Below are positions 19,435 to 29,587 of a stretch of DNA of 64,000 nucleotides, piece by piece. This DNA is from a virus (taxonomy: Duplodnaviria > Caudoviricetes): positions 27,198 through 91,197 of IMG/VR virus record IMGVR_UViG_2908273394_000001; one strand, written 5' to 3'. The translations under genes and the position numbers were made by a program. Under the pieces are notes generated by a model, which saw nothing but the letters and a program-made list of their open reading frames with translations, was not told where the DNA came from and searched no databases. Each line of letters starts with the position of its first letter. Position 1 is the stretch's first letter.

Positions 19435-19922
19435 GGCCGCCACGCGTCCTGGTAGTCGGCGTGGTCGGCGTACGGTAGCGCCAAGAGGCGCAGGACCCAT
19501 TCCGAAGTCACTGCCGGTGCCGGGACCCGCCCCACATGCACCCACTTGCCGTCACGTTCCTCCATCAGCGAGACCCAGCGCGCACCGTCTTCCTCCCACG
19601 CGGGCCCCAACGAGCGGAGGGCGCAGGATCCACTGAACGAATGCTCGCTCCGCCTGCCGCAGGCAGGCGGACAATCGACAGCCGAAGCCTCGACCAGCCG
19701 CCGCTTGGCGTCGACCTCGGCCAGCACCCGCGCGGGGTGCTGGTGGGCGATGAACGCGGCGTCGCCCGGTTCCAGCGGTCCGACGGTGCGGTGGTGGTAG
19801 CCGGGCGGTGTCACGAACTCTCGGCTCCACACCCACTCGCCCTGCGTCGCTGCGCGGGCGATCTGCTCGTCGTCGTCGAGGCGGTCGTTGAGGAATCGTG
19901 TCAGGGCAGGGGTGTCGGTCAT
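19431..19922 (-). CDS. DUF6221-like protein, copy 1 of tandem
   Basis: LTRFLNDRLDDDE..RVLAEVDAKR..LALPYADHADYQDAWRP. Confidence 0.85.
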   Translation of the reverse strand: MTDTPALTRFLNDRLDDDEQIARAATQGEWVWSREFVTPPGYHHRTVGPLEPGDAAFIAHQHPARVLAEVDAKRRLVEASAVDCPPACGRRSEHSFSGSCALRSLGPAWEEDGARWVSLMEERDGKWVHVGRVPAPAVTSEWVLRLLALPYADHADYQDAWRP

Positions 19923-19938
19923 GGCCTCATTGTTCCGC

Positions 19939-21618
19939 TCACGCCGCCACTGCATCCCCCTGCTCCTCCAGGCTGTCGTCCTGGGCGTCCGCGCTGTCGG
20001 TGTCGTCTTCCTCGCTGTCCGGGGCCTGGCCGCCGCCAGTGTTGAACGGGTCCCCGGCCGGCAGCGGGTTCGCCGACTGCTTGTCCTGCCGTATCCGCGC
20101 GACCTCGGCCTTGACTTCGTCGTCGTCCCAGTCCGGGTGCAGCGTCTTCACCTTCATCCACGTGGAGATCGCCCCAGCGGTCTCCAGCAGCGACAGGGTC
20201 CGCGCGGTGGCCTCCGGGTCCGGCTGCACAGCCTGCGGCCACGACGCGGTCAGCTCGACCGTCGGGTCGACGCCTTTCGCGCCGCAGTGGGTGACGTCGA
20301 CCCACAGCATCGTCGTGAGGATCTCCAGGAGCGCCGGCCGCTGGTACAGGATTTTCAGGCCCCGGGTGGTGAGGGACTCCTCCTTACGGGCGGCGACCTC
20401 CGTTGCCGTGACTGCGACGGTGCCCTCGTCCCCGAAAGACTGGGCGGAGTACCCGGCGCTGGAGAGGATCTGACGGCGCAGCGCCGTGCACGTCCGCTCA
20501 TGCTCCTCGACACGGATGTCGAACTGGTTCATCGCGAGGGATGCCGCGCCGGCGCCTTCGTCGAGCATGTTCAGCTGCACGAACACCTCCCGGTCCAGGT
20601 CGAACATGCCGCCCGACCCGGGCCCGTCGGTCTCCAGCATCGACTGCGGCAGCATGATCCGTGCCTTGCCCAGGCGCAGGTCCCGCATCCACGACGTCCA
20701 TGCTTCGTCCAGTGACCCCATCAACGGTTCGATCCCGGCGAAGTCCGAGCGGCCGAACGGCTTGGCGTCCGGCAGATGCGACCACATACGGGACGGGCCG
20801 ACGTTCGGCACGTACGACACCAGCAACCGGCTGATCCCCGTGTCCTGCCGGCCCTGGTCGTCGACCCGGCCCACCAGGTACTCGGCCTCCGGATGGTCCG
20901 ACAGGGCCATCATCATGCCGAGAGTGTCAGCCTTCCCCTTGTACAGGCCGTACTCGATGCTCCCGGGCTCGTGACGCTCCAACAGCCGCCACACCTCCCC
21001 GCCACCGTTCAGGGGCTCCAGCTCCCGCCACACCGTCGCCGCGGACAGGATGTTCCACTTCCACTCCGGGACGACCGCGTCCGGCTCCAGGATGTCGAGC
21101 CACGGCCGCGGCCGCAGCGCCTTGTCCCACACCACCCGCACGTACGCCCCGGTCAGCGCTGAGGCGGTCTCCGACCCTTCCCGGAGGGTGGCGTGCCCCC
21201 GGTCATCGAGGTACCGCTTGATCTGATCCGTCGTCGCCGCGTGCGCCGTCTTGTCGGTGGAGTCGCCGTCCACGGACACGGTCGGGATGTCCGCCCACAG
21301 CAGGTTCGCCGACAGCTCGGCAATGTCGGCGGCGATCGGCACGTGCAGCTTCGCCGCCGGCTGCCCCGGCGTGACCGGCTCACCCCAGAACATCCTCGCC
21401 AGGCCGCCGACGAGCCCGCCCCGGAACTGTGAGGGCCGGTTCAGCTCGAAGAACTCACGCGCACGCGGATCCTGCCCGTACGTGCCGGGCCCGCCGTACA
21501 CCTGCGCCAGGTGCCCGGTGTCACCCGTGTACCAGGCACGCCACACGTCGATGTCGGCGAACGGCTCGGTGAACTGGACCGGCGGCCACGGGGTCTTCCC
21601 GGACGGCGGCAGCGGCAT
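19939..21618 (-). CDS. Phage portal protein
   Basis: Follows terminase; WY.GD, YVPN, GRSDF, SQSFG-like motifs of actinophage portals. Confidence 0.85.
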   Translation of the reverse strand: MPLPPSGKTPWPPVQFTEPFADIDVWRAWYTGDTGHLAQVYGGPGTYGQDPRAREFFELNRPSQFRGGLVGGLARMFWGEPVTPGQPAAKLHVPIAADIAELSANLLWADIPTVSVDGDSTDKTAHAATTDQIKRYLDDRGHATLREGSETASALTGAYVRVVWDKALRPRPWLDILEPDAVVPEWKWNILSAATVWRELEPLNGGGEVWRLLERHEPGSIEYGLYKGKADTLGMMMALSDHPEAEYLVGRVDDQGRQDTGISRLLVSYVPNVGPSRMWSHLPDAKPFGRSDFAGIEPLMGSLDEAWTSWMRDLRLGKARIMLPQSMLETDGPGSGGMFDLDREVFVQLNMLDEGAGAASLAMNQFDIRVEEHERTCTALRRQILSSAGYSAQSFGDEGTVAVTATEVAARKEESLTTRGLKILYQRPALLEILTTMLWVDVTHCGAKGVDPTVELTASWPQAVQPDPEATARTLSLLETAGAISTWMKVKTLHPDWDDDEVKAEVARIRQDKQSANPLPAGDPFNTGGGQAPDSEEDDTDSADAQDDSLEEQGDAVAA

Positions 21619-21649
21619 GACGATCACTCCACTTCGTTACGAACAGGGG

Positions 21650-22906
21650 TTATGCGGCGAGCGCGAGATGCCGCTGCCACAGGGCTCGGGTGGTGTAGAT
21701 GCCGTACCGCAGCGCGTCGACACCGTGGTCAGCAACCTTGATCGGCTTGTCCTCGCCGCGAGCGGCGGCCTTGTCGTCCCACGAGTAGCCGCCGATCTCC
21801 GTGATCAGCGCCTTGCACGAGTCGAGGACCAGGAGCTTGTTCGCGGCGATCAGCGACGAGACGGTACGGATGCCGTCCATGACGTCGTTCTTCGCCGGCG
21901 TCGGCTTCAGCTTGTCGCGGTGCAGCTGCGCCGAGAACGACGCCGCCGACGGGTCGACGGTGATGAACTGCGGCCGGACCGGCCCGACACCGGGAACGTC
22001 CGCCAGCCACGCCCGCAGCCGCTCGCTGTACTCGGTGTCGGTGAGCTGACGGCGGGTCTGCCGGGCTTCGTAGCGCCACTCCGCCGCCGCATACAGCTTG
22101 CGGTCCGCACCCAGGCCGAGGAGGACGGCGTGGAAAGGGTTCGACGTGCCATAGTCGACGCCCAGGCTGATCCACTTGTGGATCCCGGCCTTCGGCAGCG
22201 CGGTGACGATGTGCCGCTCCCGGCTCCACGCGTCGTAGATCGCACCTTCGGCCGCGACCCACTCCCCGAGGATGAACCGCCGGTAGAACAGGCCCTCGTG
22301 CGACGCCTTCATGTCGGCGACGTACTCGGGGTCGAGGAAAGGGTTGTCGTCGATCGTGAACGAGAACCGGCGGATCGGCTTACGGCCCTCCTGCGACAGC
22401 CAGTCCCGCATGAACCAGTGCGCCGGATTGTCCGGGTTGGTGGTGCAGAACAGCTGCGCCCCCCGCACGCTCATGCGGCCCAGGAGCTGCTCGAAGAACA
22501 CCTGCGGCACCAGAGTGACCTCATCGACGTACGCCCCGCACACCGTCATGCCTCGGATCTTCGGCTCGCTCTTGGAGTCGTTGGCGCCGATGACGTGCAC
22601 GGTGCGGCCCAGGATCGTCGCCGTCGGCGCACCGGGCGTGTAGTGGATGAGCTTGGTCATGTCCCCGAACAGGGCGGGGTTCTGCAGCGGCATGAACAGG
22701 TTGCGGTGGATGGTCTGCGACGTCTTCCCGACGATGACGAGTTCACCGGTCGTCGGCGCCTGCGCCACGAAGATCAGCCACTTCAGCAGCGACGCGATCG
22801 TCTTCCCCGACCGGATCGCGCCTTCCCAGCAGGAGATCTTCGTCGTCGCCTCCGCGACAGACCTGATCTGCTTCCGGGACAGAGGCATCGCCTCCAGCAC
22901 GCTCAC
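21650..22906 (-). CDS. terL: Terminase large subunit (PBSX-like)
   Basis: GAIRSGKT, AYVDE, TTNP, GVDYG, DPS, DHGVDALRY. Confidence 0.95.
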   Translation of the reverse strand: MSVLEAMPLSRKQIRSVAEATTKISCWEGAIRSGKTIASLLKWLIFVAQAPTTGELVIVGKTSQTIHRNLFMPLQNPALFGDMTKLIHYTPGAPTATILGRTVHVIGANDSKSEPKIRGMTVCGAYVDEVTLVPQVFFEQLLGRMSVRGAQLFCTTNPDNPAHWFMRDWLSQEGRKPIRRFSFTIDDNPFLDPEYVADMKASHEGLFYRRFILGEWVAAEGAIYDAWSRERHIVTALPKAGIHKWISLGVDYGTSNPFHAVLLGLGADRKLYAAAEWRYEARQTRRQLTDTEYSERLRAWLADVPGVGPVRPQFITVDPSAASFSAQLHRDKLKPTPAKNDVMDGIRTVSSLIAANKLLVLDSCKALITEIGGYSWDDKAAARGEDKPIKVADHGVDALRYGIYTTRALWQRHLALAA

Positions 22907-23445
22907 GCCCGGCCCTCGCCGCCCAGCGGCTCCCCAGCGGTGTCCTCCTGCTCGTCCTGCGCTCTCGAGAACGCCGTCAGCGCGTCACCCAGCGAGCCGA
23001 GCATGCTCTTGGCCTGGTCCAGGTTGGTCGCATCCTCGGCCGGTACGAGCTTGAGCAGCCGGTCGATCGCGGTCGCGGCCGTCGCCATCAGCGCCCGCTT
23101 CTCCGCCGCCGGCGCCTCGTCGAAGGTGTGGTCCTCGTAGGTGTTGTCCTTGCCGCCGAAGGAGTACACGGTCGTCGGCTCCCACATCTGCGCCCGGAGC
23201 TTTTCCGCGTCGCTCAGCAGGTCTTCGGCGAGCATCGTCCTGCGCTCCGCGAGGTCGGCCAGCCGGGCTTTCGTCGCCGCCTCGATCCTTGAGCGGTCGA
23301 ACGTCAGCCCCAGGTACTCGGCCGTCCGCGACACCATCACCGGCGCCTGATTTATCTCGCGGGCGATCCGGTTCCGGCCGTACCCCAGGGCATGCAGCTC
23401 ACGGACCTGGTCGTGGAACTCCTCAGGGAGCGGTGGCTTGGGCAT
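22903..23445 (-). CDS. Terminase small subunit candidate (N-terminal HTH)
   Basis: VRELHALGYGRNRIAREI; coupled to terL. Confidence 0.7.
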   Translation of the reverse strand: MPKPPLPEEFHDQVRELHALGYGRNRIAREINQAPVMVSRTAEYLGLTFDRSRIEAATKARLADLAERRTMLAEDLLSDAEKLRAQMWEPTTVYSFGGKDNTYEDHTFDEAPAAEKRALMATAATAIDRLLKLVPAEDATNLDQAKSMLGSLGDALTAFSRAQDEQEDTAGEPLGGEGRA

Positions 23446-24341
23446 CAGGTCCTCCGGGCGGGAGCGGGGGCGTGAGCAGCGCGGGCGCGGCGGCGCAGCA
23501 GCTCAGGCAGCGGCGTGCCGTGCGCGACCCACGACGGGTGGTACGGGATGAGGACGCAGCGGCAATGCGGGTGCCGCGGCGGACTGGCCAGAGGGGTGAG
23601 GAACACGGTGCGGGCCGAGTCCAGGGACAGCCCGCCGGGGAAGAACCGGCCGGGCACCACCGCACGGCCGGCGTACGCGGCGCACGCAGGGCACGCACCG
23701 GGTTCTGCCGCCCACACCAGCCGCATCCCCGGGCCGAGGAGACGGGCCACGCTGATCGCGGCGTGCGCGGCCGCCGACGTCACCGCGACCGCGACCCCGG
23801 CGGTGATCCGGGACACCGCCCGCCGGGCGCGGGAGAACACGGCCTTCAGTCCGGCGAGTCCGTGGGCGGTCAACGCGGCGGTGGTGAGCATCGCCAGGGC
23901 CCGGGTGTGTTCTTCCTGCACCGCGGCGGTCATGCCGGCGGCGGCCTGTTCGGCGGCCGGGCCGGGCTCTGCGGGGATCCCGGGCGGGGGAACGCCGCGG
24001 TAGAGGGTCACCGTCTGGGAGGCGTAGCGCAGGCCGAGGGAGGCGGCGGTGTAGGCGGCGAGCTGCGCTTCGCGCATGGCGTGCGCGCCTTGCCCGTGGA
24101 ACGCGGCGGTGAGTGCGCGCCGGATGTGCTCGATGAGGGCGGCGAGTTCGGTGGGGGCCGGCAGGGCGCTGGCCGGGGTGGTGAGGATCCAGCGGCGGGT
24201 GGCGTCAGTCTCTGCGGCGGCCAGGAGCTGGGAGAGGGGCCGGGCGGCCGCTGCGCCGTGGCGTTGCTCGAGGGCGCGGAGCTGCGCGGGTTGACGCTGG
24301 GCCAGGTCGGCGATGTCGCTGGTGCTCTCCACCACACCCAC
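23445..24341 (-). CDS. Head morphogenesis/minor capsid protein (Mu gpF-like)
   Basis: CPAC..PPRHPHCRC. Confidence 0.75.
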   Translation of the reverse strand: MGVVESTSDIADLAQRQPAQLRALEQRHGAAAARPLSQLLAAAETDATRRWILTTPASALPAPTELAALIEHIRRALTAAFHGQGAHAMREAQLAAYTAASLGLRYASQTVTLYRGVPPPGIPAEPGPAAEQAAAGMTAAVQEEHTRALAMLTTAALTAHGLAGLKAVFSRARRAVSRITAGVAVAVTSAAAHAAISVARLLGPGMRLVWAAEPGACPACAAYAGRAVVPGRFFPGGLSLDSARTVFLTPLASPPRHPHCRCVLIPYHPSWVAHGTPLPELLRRRARAAHAPAPARRT

Positions 24342-24484
24342 CCACTTTCTTTGAATCCATGGTCATATTGCTTTCTCGCCTTTGATTGTGCAGCATAGAA
24401 CGCAGTTACGGGTTAGCATCCATGCCAACGCGTGTGCGGTCGAGGTACCGCACCCCACGCGCAGGCAGCCCAAGGAGGCCCGAG
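24342..24484. promoter_or_regulatory. AT-rich divergent promoter region for packaging and head-tail operons
   Basis: Only non-coding, AT-rich gap between the two divergent structural operons. Confidence 0.55.
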
Positions 24485-25282
24485 ATGTCGACCCCCGCCC
24501 AGCCCGGCACCACCACGACGGACCCGAGCACCCAGCCCGGCACCCCGCCACAGGAGCAGCACCCCGCACCGGCTCCCACCGAGCCGGCCGCACCCGCCAC
24601 ACCCCCCGCCACACCTGCCGAGCCCACCCCGAACCCGGACAAGCCCACCGAACCCAAGGCCAAGGCGCCCAAGTTCGAGGGCGACTTCGACCCGGTCAAG
24701 TTCGGCAAGCTCGTCGAAAACCTCCGCAGCGACGTCGAGGCCGAGAAGGCCAAGCGTCAGGAAGCGGAGCAGAAAGCCGAGAAGCAGCAAGCCGACCTGA
24801 TGAAGAAGGTCGCTGCCGCGTTCGGCCTCGAAACCGACGAGGGCAAGCCGCCCACCCCCGAGGAACTCGCCAAGCAGCTCGCGGACGAGCAGGCCCGGAC
24901 CAAGGCGTCCGAGGACACCGCCCGCCAGACGCAGGTAGAGCTCGCCGTCTACAAGACCGCAGGCAAGCACGGCGGCGACCCGGACGCCCTCCTGGACTCC
25001 CGGGGCTTCGCCAAGGCCATCGCCCAGCTCGACCCCACCTCGAGCACGTTCGACGCGGACGTGGCAAAGGCCGTCAAGGACGCGGTCGAGGCGAACCCCA
25101 AGCTCGCCGCCCACAAGCCGGCCGACCCCAAGCCCGCAGTCCCCGCGGGCGGGGCGCCGATGGGCGGAACACCCGGCGGGAAGCGGCAGCTCGGCGCGGA
25201 GGACGTGGCGCGGATGACACCCGAAGAGATCACCAAGGCCGTAAGCGATGGACGTCTCACGTCCTACCTGGGCGGCCGGTAG
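24485..25282 (+). CDS. Capsid scaffolding protein
   Basis: P/T-rich N-terminus, coiled coil, upstream of capsid; AAGGAGG RBS. Confidence 0.8.
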   Translation: MSTPAQPGTTTTDPSTQPGTPPQEQHPAPAPTEPAAPATPPATPAEPTPNPDKPTEPKAKAPKFEGDFDPVKFGKLVENLRSDVEAEKAKRQEAEQKAEKQQADLMKKVAAAFGLETDEGKPPTPEELAKQLADEQARTKASEDTARQTQVELAVYKTAGKHGGDPDALLDSRGFAKAIAQLDPTSSTFDADVAKAVKDAVEANPKLAAHKPADPKPAVPAGGAPMGGTPGGKRQLGAEDVARMTPEEITKAVSDGRLTSYLGGR

Positions 25283-25298
25283 GCACTAGGAGCCCACC

Positions 25299-26156
25299 TT
25301 GTCGATCAACAACTTCAAGCCGGAGATCTGGTCCGCGCAGCTCCTCACGGCCATGCGTAACAGCCTCATCTACGCGCAGCCGCAGCTCGTCAACCGCAAC
25401 TACGAAGGCGAGATCACCTCGCGCGGCCAGTCGGTGCACATCACCACCATCGGCGACCCGACGATCTTCGACTACGACGCGGGCGACACCCTCAACTACG
25501 AGGACGTCGAGACTGCGGGCACCGACCTGATCATCGATCAGGGCAAGGCGTTCGCGTTCAAGCTCGACGACGTCGACAAGGCCCAGGCCCTGCTCAACCC
25601 GATGGCGCAGATGGCACAGAACGCGGCCTACGGCCTGCGCGACAAGGCCGACGCCTACGTCGCCAGCCTCTACACCGGCGTCGCCGCCGCCAACACCATC
25701 GGCTCCACCGGCTCCCCGATCAACACCTACTCCACCCCCACCGACGCGTACAACAAGGTCCTCGTCCCCCTGCGGACCAAGCTGAACCGGGCCAACGTCC
25801 CCACCGAAGGCCGCTACGTCGTCGGCTCCCCGGAGTTCGTCGGCTCCCTCCTGTCCGACGACCGGTTCGTCCGCGTCGACGCCTCCGGCACCAGCGAAGC
25901 CCTGCGCAACGGCATGGTCGGGCGCGCCGCCGGATTCGACATCCTCGAGTCCAACAACACCCCGAACCCGACCGGCGACATCCAGGTCGTCCAGGCCGGC
26001 TACCCCGGGGCCATCACCTACGCCGAGCAGATCCTGGAGACCGAGGCGCTGCGCCTGCAGAGCACGATCGCCGACGCGATCCGAGGCCTGCACGTCTACG
26101 GAGCGAAGCTCCTGCGCCCCACCGGTATCGCGGTCGCGTTCATCGACCCCGCGTAA
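25299..26156 (+). CDS. Major capsid protein (P22 coat-like)
   Basis: FKPEIWS..VNRNYEGEI..GRAAGFDI..GLHVYGAK. Confidence 0.9.
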   Translation: MSINNFKPEIWSAQLLTAMRNSLIYAQPQLVNRNYEGEITSRGQSVHITTIGDPTIFDYDAGDTLNYEDVETAGTDLIIDQGKAFAFKLDDVDKAQALLNPMAQMAQNAAYGLRDKADAYVASLYTGVAAANTIGSTGSPINTYSTPTDAYNKVLVPLRTKLNRANVPTEGRYVVGSPEFVGSLLSDDRFVRVDASGTSEALRNGMVGRAAGFDILESNNTPNPTGDIQVVQAGYPGAITYAEQILETEALRLQSTIADAIRGLHVYGAKLLRPTGIAVAFIDPA

Positions 26157-26197
26157 CCCGTCCCCGCCGAGCCCGCCTCTGACCCAGGAGCGTCCCC

Positions 26198-26575
26198 ATG
26201 CCCCGTACCGCCGTCACCTACACGGCTCTCACCCCCAACGGCCGCACGACCGACGTGGCCGGCACCACCATCGACGCCACCCTCGTCACCAACGGTGTCG
26301 TCATCAACGGCGTCGACCCCGAGCGCACCGTCCTGCGCGTCACGAACTCGGCGACCGGCGCGAAGAACGTCATCGTCCGCACCGGCACCGGCTCCCAGTC
26401 GTGGATGGCCGGCCAGGGCGACCTCACCGTCTCCGTCGCCGCGAACACCGGCAAGGAGTTCGTCGGCCCGTTCACCTCCGCCCGTTTCCAGCAGCAGGGC
26501 TCCAGGCTCCACGTCGACTTCGAGTCCGGCTTCACGGGCACCATCACCGTCTTCAAGCTCCCGAAGGCGTTCTGA
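26198..26575 (+). CDS. Probable capsid decoration protein
   Basis: Beta-rich 125 aa directly after capsid. Confidence 0.6.
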   Translation: MPRTAVTYTALTPNGRTTDVAGTTIDATLVTNGVVINGVDPERTVLRVTNSATGAKNVIVRTGTGSQSWMAGQGDLTVSVAANTGKEFVGPFTSARFQQQGSRLHVDFESGFTGTITVFKLPKAF

Positions 26576-26576
26576 C

Positions 26577-27164
26577 ATGGCGGCCCGCGAGTACATCGGC
26601 ACCGGCGGCCTACGGCTGACTCTCGACGACCCGCTGTCCCCGGAGATGGCCAAGCAGGTCGCCACCGGACGCCTCACCCCCGTCAACGGCAAGCCCGCCG
26701 ACGACGTCGAGGCAGGCGACAAGTCCCTCGTCGTCGTGCACGGCTCCGAGGCCGACACCGTCAACCGGGTCGGCACCCACCGCCGCGCGCCCGGCCCCAA
26801 GCCGGACGACGACGCACCGGCCAACGAGTGGGCCACCTACGCCGTAGCGCTCGGCCTGAACTCCTCCCAGGCGGCCACCCTCAGCCTCACCCAGATCCAG
26901 GAGTGGGTCACCGCTCACGAGGACGCGCTCGGCGAAGGCCAGCCCGCCCCGGTCCCCACCGAAGACCCGACCCTCCCGGTGGAGCCCCTCGCCGAGGCGC
27001 CGGCCAAGAACGCGCCCGTCGCCGACTGGCGCGCCCACGCCATCGCCCTCGGCATGGACCCCGACGAGGCCAAGACCGCCACCAAGGCCGAGTGCCAGGA
27101 CTACGCGCAGGTCGTCGAAGACGCCCGCGAGACCGAGACCGAGACGGAGGGGGAGGAGTCGTGA
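26577..27164 (+). CDS. Virion-associated protein with two short helical repeats
   Basis: AP..EWATYAVALG / AP..DWRAHAIALG. Confidence 0.65.
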   Translation: MAAREYIGTGGLRLTLDDPLSPEMAKQVATGRLTPVNGKPADDVEAGDKSLVVVHGSEADTVNRVGTHRRAPGPKPDDDAPANEWATYAVALGLNSSQAATLSLTQIQEWVTAHEDALGEGQPAPVPTEDPTLPVEPLAEAPAKNAPVADWRAHAIALGMDPDEAKTATKAECQDYAQVVEDARETETETEGEES

Positions 27165-27535
27165 CGTACGCGTCGGTCAGCGACCTGGAAGACTGGCTCA
27201 CCCCCGAGCCCGCCCCGGCACACGCCGCACGCCTCCTCGAAGAGGCGACGGACGCGCTGACCCTTGCCCTGACCGGCGCCACGTACGACCCCGCCAACCC
27301 GGCCGTCCAGGACGTGCTCCGCAAGGCGTGCGTCCGGCAGGTCCACTGGATGATGGACCGCGACGACGAGACCGGCGCGACCAACGACCTGCAGTCCATG
27401 TCCGCCGGATCCCGCTCGTTCACCCGCCGCACAGTAGGCACCGGAGCAGGCGCCGCACCCACGATCGCCCCGCAGGCCGCGGTCGTGCTGCGCGCCTCCG
27501 GTCTGCTCACCATGTGGCCGCTGGTGGTGGGCTGA
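27161..27535 (+). CDS. Head-tail adaptor
   Basis: TYASVSDL..LLEEAT..ACVRQV; position. Confidence 0.75.
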   Translation: MTYASVSDLEDWLTPEPAPAHAARLLEEATDALTLALTGATYDPANPAVQDVLRKACVRQVHWMMDRDDETGATNDLQSMSAGSRSFTRRTVGTGAGAAPTIAPQAAVVLRASGLLTMWPLVVG

Positions 27536-27876
27536 TGCCGGGCCACATCGGACGCCAGTCCGTCACCGTCCTCCAAGCGCCCCTCGTCGCAGGCGACTAC
27601 GGCACCACCGTCCGCGACTGGGACCAGGCCACCGCCACCAGCGTTGCGGGCTGCACCGTCGACTACACCTCCAACGCCCGCACCCGGCAGGCCGGAGACC
27701 AGACCACCACCCGCGCCCTGCTTCTCATGCCTCCGCGGGCCCTCACCGTCACCGAGGCCATGCGGATCGAGTGGGACGGGCGGACGTGGGACGTCGACGG
27801 CGTCCCCGCCCACGCCGAAGGCGCCGGCCCGCTGTCGGGTCAGACCATCGCCCTGCTGGAGGTGAGCGGAGCGTGA
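27535..27876 (+). CDS. Head closure/stopper protein
   Basis: DYG..DW..RIEWDGRTWDVDGVP. Confidence 0.75.
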   Translation: MPGHIGRQSVTVLQAPLVAGDYGTTVRDWDQATATSVAGCTVDYTSNARTRQAGDQTTTRALLLMPPRALTVTEAMRIEWDGRTWDVDGVPAHAEGAGPLSGQTIALLEVSGA

Positions 27877-28207
27877 GCACCGAAGTCACCATCCACGTCG
27901 ACATCGACCACGACGCAATCCAGGGACTCATCCACGACCCCAGGTGCGCGCCGACCTCGAGAGCCGCATGGACCAGGTCGTCGACGTCGCCCAGGCCATC
28001 GCCCCCCGGCTCACCGGCCGCTACGCGGAGTCCATCCACCGAGTGGAGCAGCCCGGCCCCAACGGCGAGATCTCCGTCGAGGCCAACGTGCACTACGCCG
28101 AATACGTCGAGCACGGCACCCGCCAGACCGACCGCCACGGCCGGGCCATCCACCGCCCCCACTACACCCTCTCCACCGCCCTCGACGCCGCAGGAGGCGA
28201 CCACTGA
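27873..28207 (+). CDS. HK97 gp10-like neck protein (probable 1-nt deletion near 27940)
   Basis: APRLTGRYAESI..YAEYVEHGT. Confidence 0.75.
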
Positions 28208-28431
28208 TGGCCAACGACCCCGCCGACCTGGTCACGCTCAAGCTGACTTTCTGGCACAAGGGCAAGAAGCCCGGCGACACCGTCAAGGTCCGCCGCGACG
28301 AAGTCCGCTCCTGGTACGGGTTCGCCGAACTCGTCGACGACGTCCCGCCGACCAAGGCCGACGAGACCGCGGACACCGGCGCCCAGAAGACCCCGCCGCC
28401 CGCCAAGACCAGCACCACCAAGCAGGCCTGA
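28207..28431 (+). CDS. Small virion-region protein
   Basis: 74 aa, TGATG-coupled. Confidence 0.6.
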   Translation: MANDPADLVTLKLTFWHKGKKPGDTVKVRRDEVRSWYGFAELVDDVPPTKADETADTGAQKTPPPAKTSTTKQA

Positions 28432-28436
28432 GACCC

Positions 28437-28879
28437 GTGACCACGCCGGTCGTACTCCCCGACGCCAAGCAGATCGCCATCGACCTGCTGCAGGCCACCC
28501 TCGTACCAGCGCCACCGTCGTCGGCGAACTCCCCGACGCCGCAGCGTTCGACAGCGCACTGCCCCTCGTACGCGTCCTGCGTATCGGCGGCACCGCAGGA
28601 CTACGCGGCTGGGCCGACGGCTCGGCCATCGACCAGCCCCGGTTTTCCGTCGACTGCTACGCCACCGCCACCCCGAACCTCGGCGCAGCGATGCGGCTCG
28701 CGCTGAAGGTCCGCGGCGAATGGGAGCTGCTGCCCGGCCAGGCCACCAGCGACGGGATCGTCACCAGCGTCTCGGAGGAGACCGGCCCGCAAGACCGCCC
28801 GGAGGAACCCAACACCGGTGTCCGCCGCGTCGGCATGACCCTGGGGATGAGCGTTCGCCCACCCCGATCGACCAGCTAG
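28437..28879 (+). CDS. Tail terminator (probable 1-nt deletion near 28508)
   Basis: LPDAKQIAI + ELP..LPLVRVLRIGG..VDCYA..GPQDRP. Confidence 0.7.
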
Positions 28880-28889
28880 GAGGCCCGTC

Positions 28890-29477
28890 GTGGGCAACGC
28901 AGACCAGATCAAGATTGGCGTCAAGGGCCGCGCCTACGTCGGGCCCGTCGGCACCACCTTCCCCGCCAGCCCGTTCGTGGCCTGGGGGACTGGGTGGGTC
29001 GACCTCGGCTACATGCACCCCGACGGCCTCGAGGAGGCCCTGGGCGAGGACCGCACCGAGATCCCCGCCTGGGGTGAGGAAGCACCCGTCAAGACCCGGG
29101 TGAAGTCCCGCGACGGCTCGTTCAAGCTGACGTTCCTGGAGACCAACGCCGAGCTGCTCCAGCTGTACTACGCGGTCCTCGCCGACGACATGACCGCGAC
29201 CGCGGCCACCAGCGGCAACCCCGGCTTCATCAGCTTCGGCACCGGCCAGGCCTCCCCCGGTATCGAGCGGGCCCTCGGCATCGACATCATCGAAAGCGAC
29301 GACATCGAGCGCATCATGATCGCCCGCGTCGACGTGTCCGACCGCGGCAACCGCAAGCGTTCCGCGGACGACGCCTCCAGCTTCGAGCTGACTTTCAAGC
29401 CGCTCGCCGCCCCCAACGGCGGCCAGGCCGTCCAGCGGTTCATCACCAACGTCACCCTCCCCGTAGAGGCCCCGTAG
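28890..29477 (+). CDS. Major tail protein
   Basis: WVDLGY..DGL..AWG..TFLETN. Confidence 0.85.
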   Translation: MGNADQIKIGVKGRAYVGPVGTTFPASPFVAWGTGWVDLGYMHPDGLEEALGEDRTEIPAWGEEAPVKTRVKSRDGSFKLTFLETNAELLQLYYAVLADDMTATAATSGNPGFISFGTGQASPGIERALGIDIIESDDIERIMIARVDVSDRGNRKRSADDASSFELTFKPLAAPNGGQAVQRFITNVTLPVEAP

Positions 29478-29587
29478 CCGGTGGCCTGCTCGCGCTCACA
29501 TCCCTGGGCGGGGGCGGCGCGAGCAGGCCACCACTCCTCCTTCTCAGCCCCCGCCCGCAAGCCCCCAGCCCAGAAAAGAGCCGTCCC

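Noticed and set aside
18674-19922. DGR or shufflon acting on the DUF6221-like repeats
   Set aside because: No reverse transcriptase, no adenine-specific variation and no inverted sites; similarity is mainly at protein level
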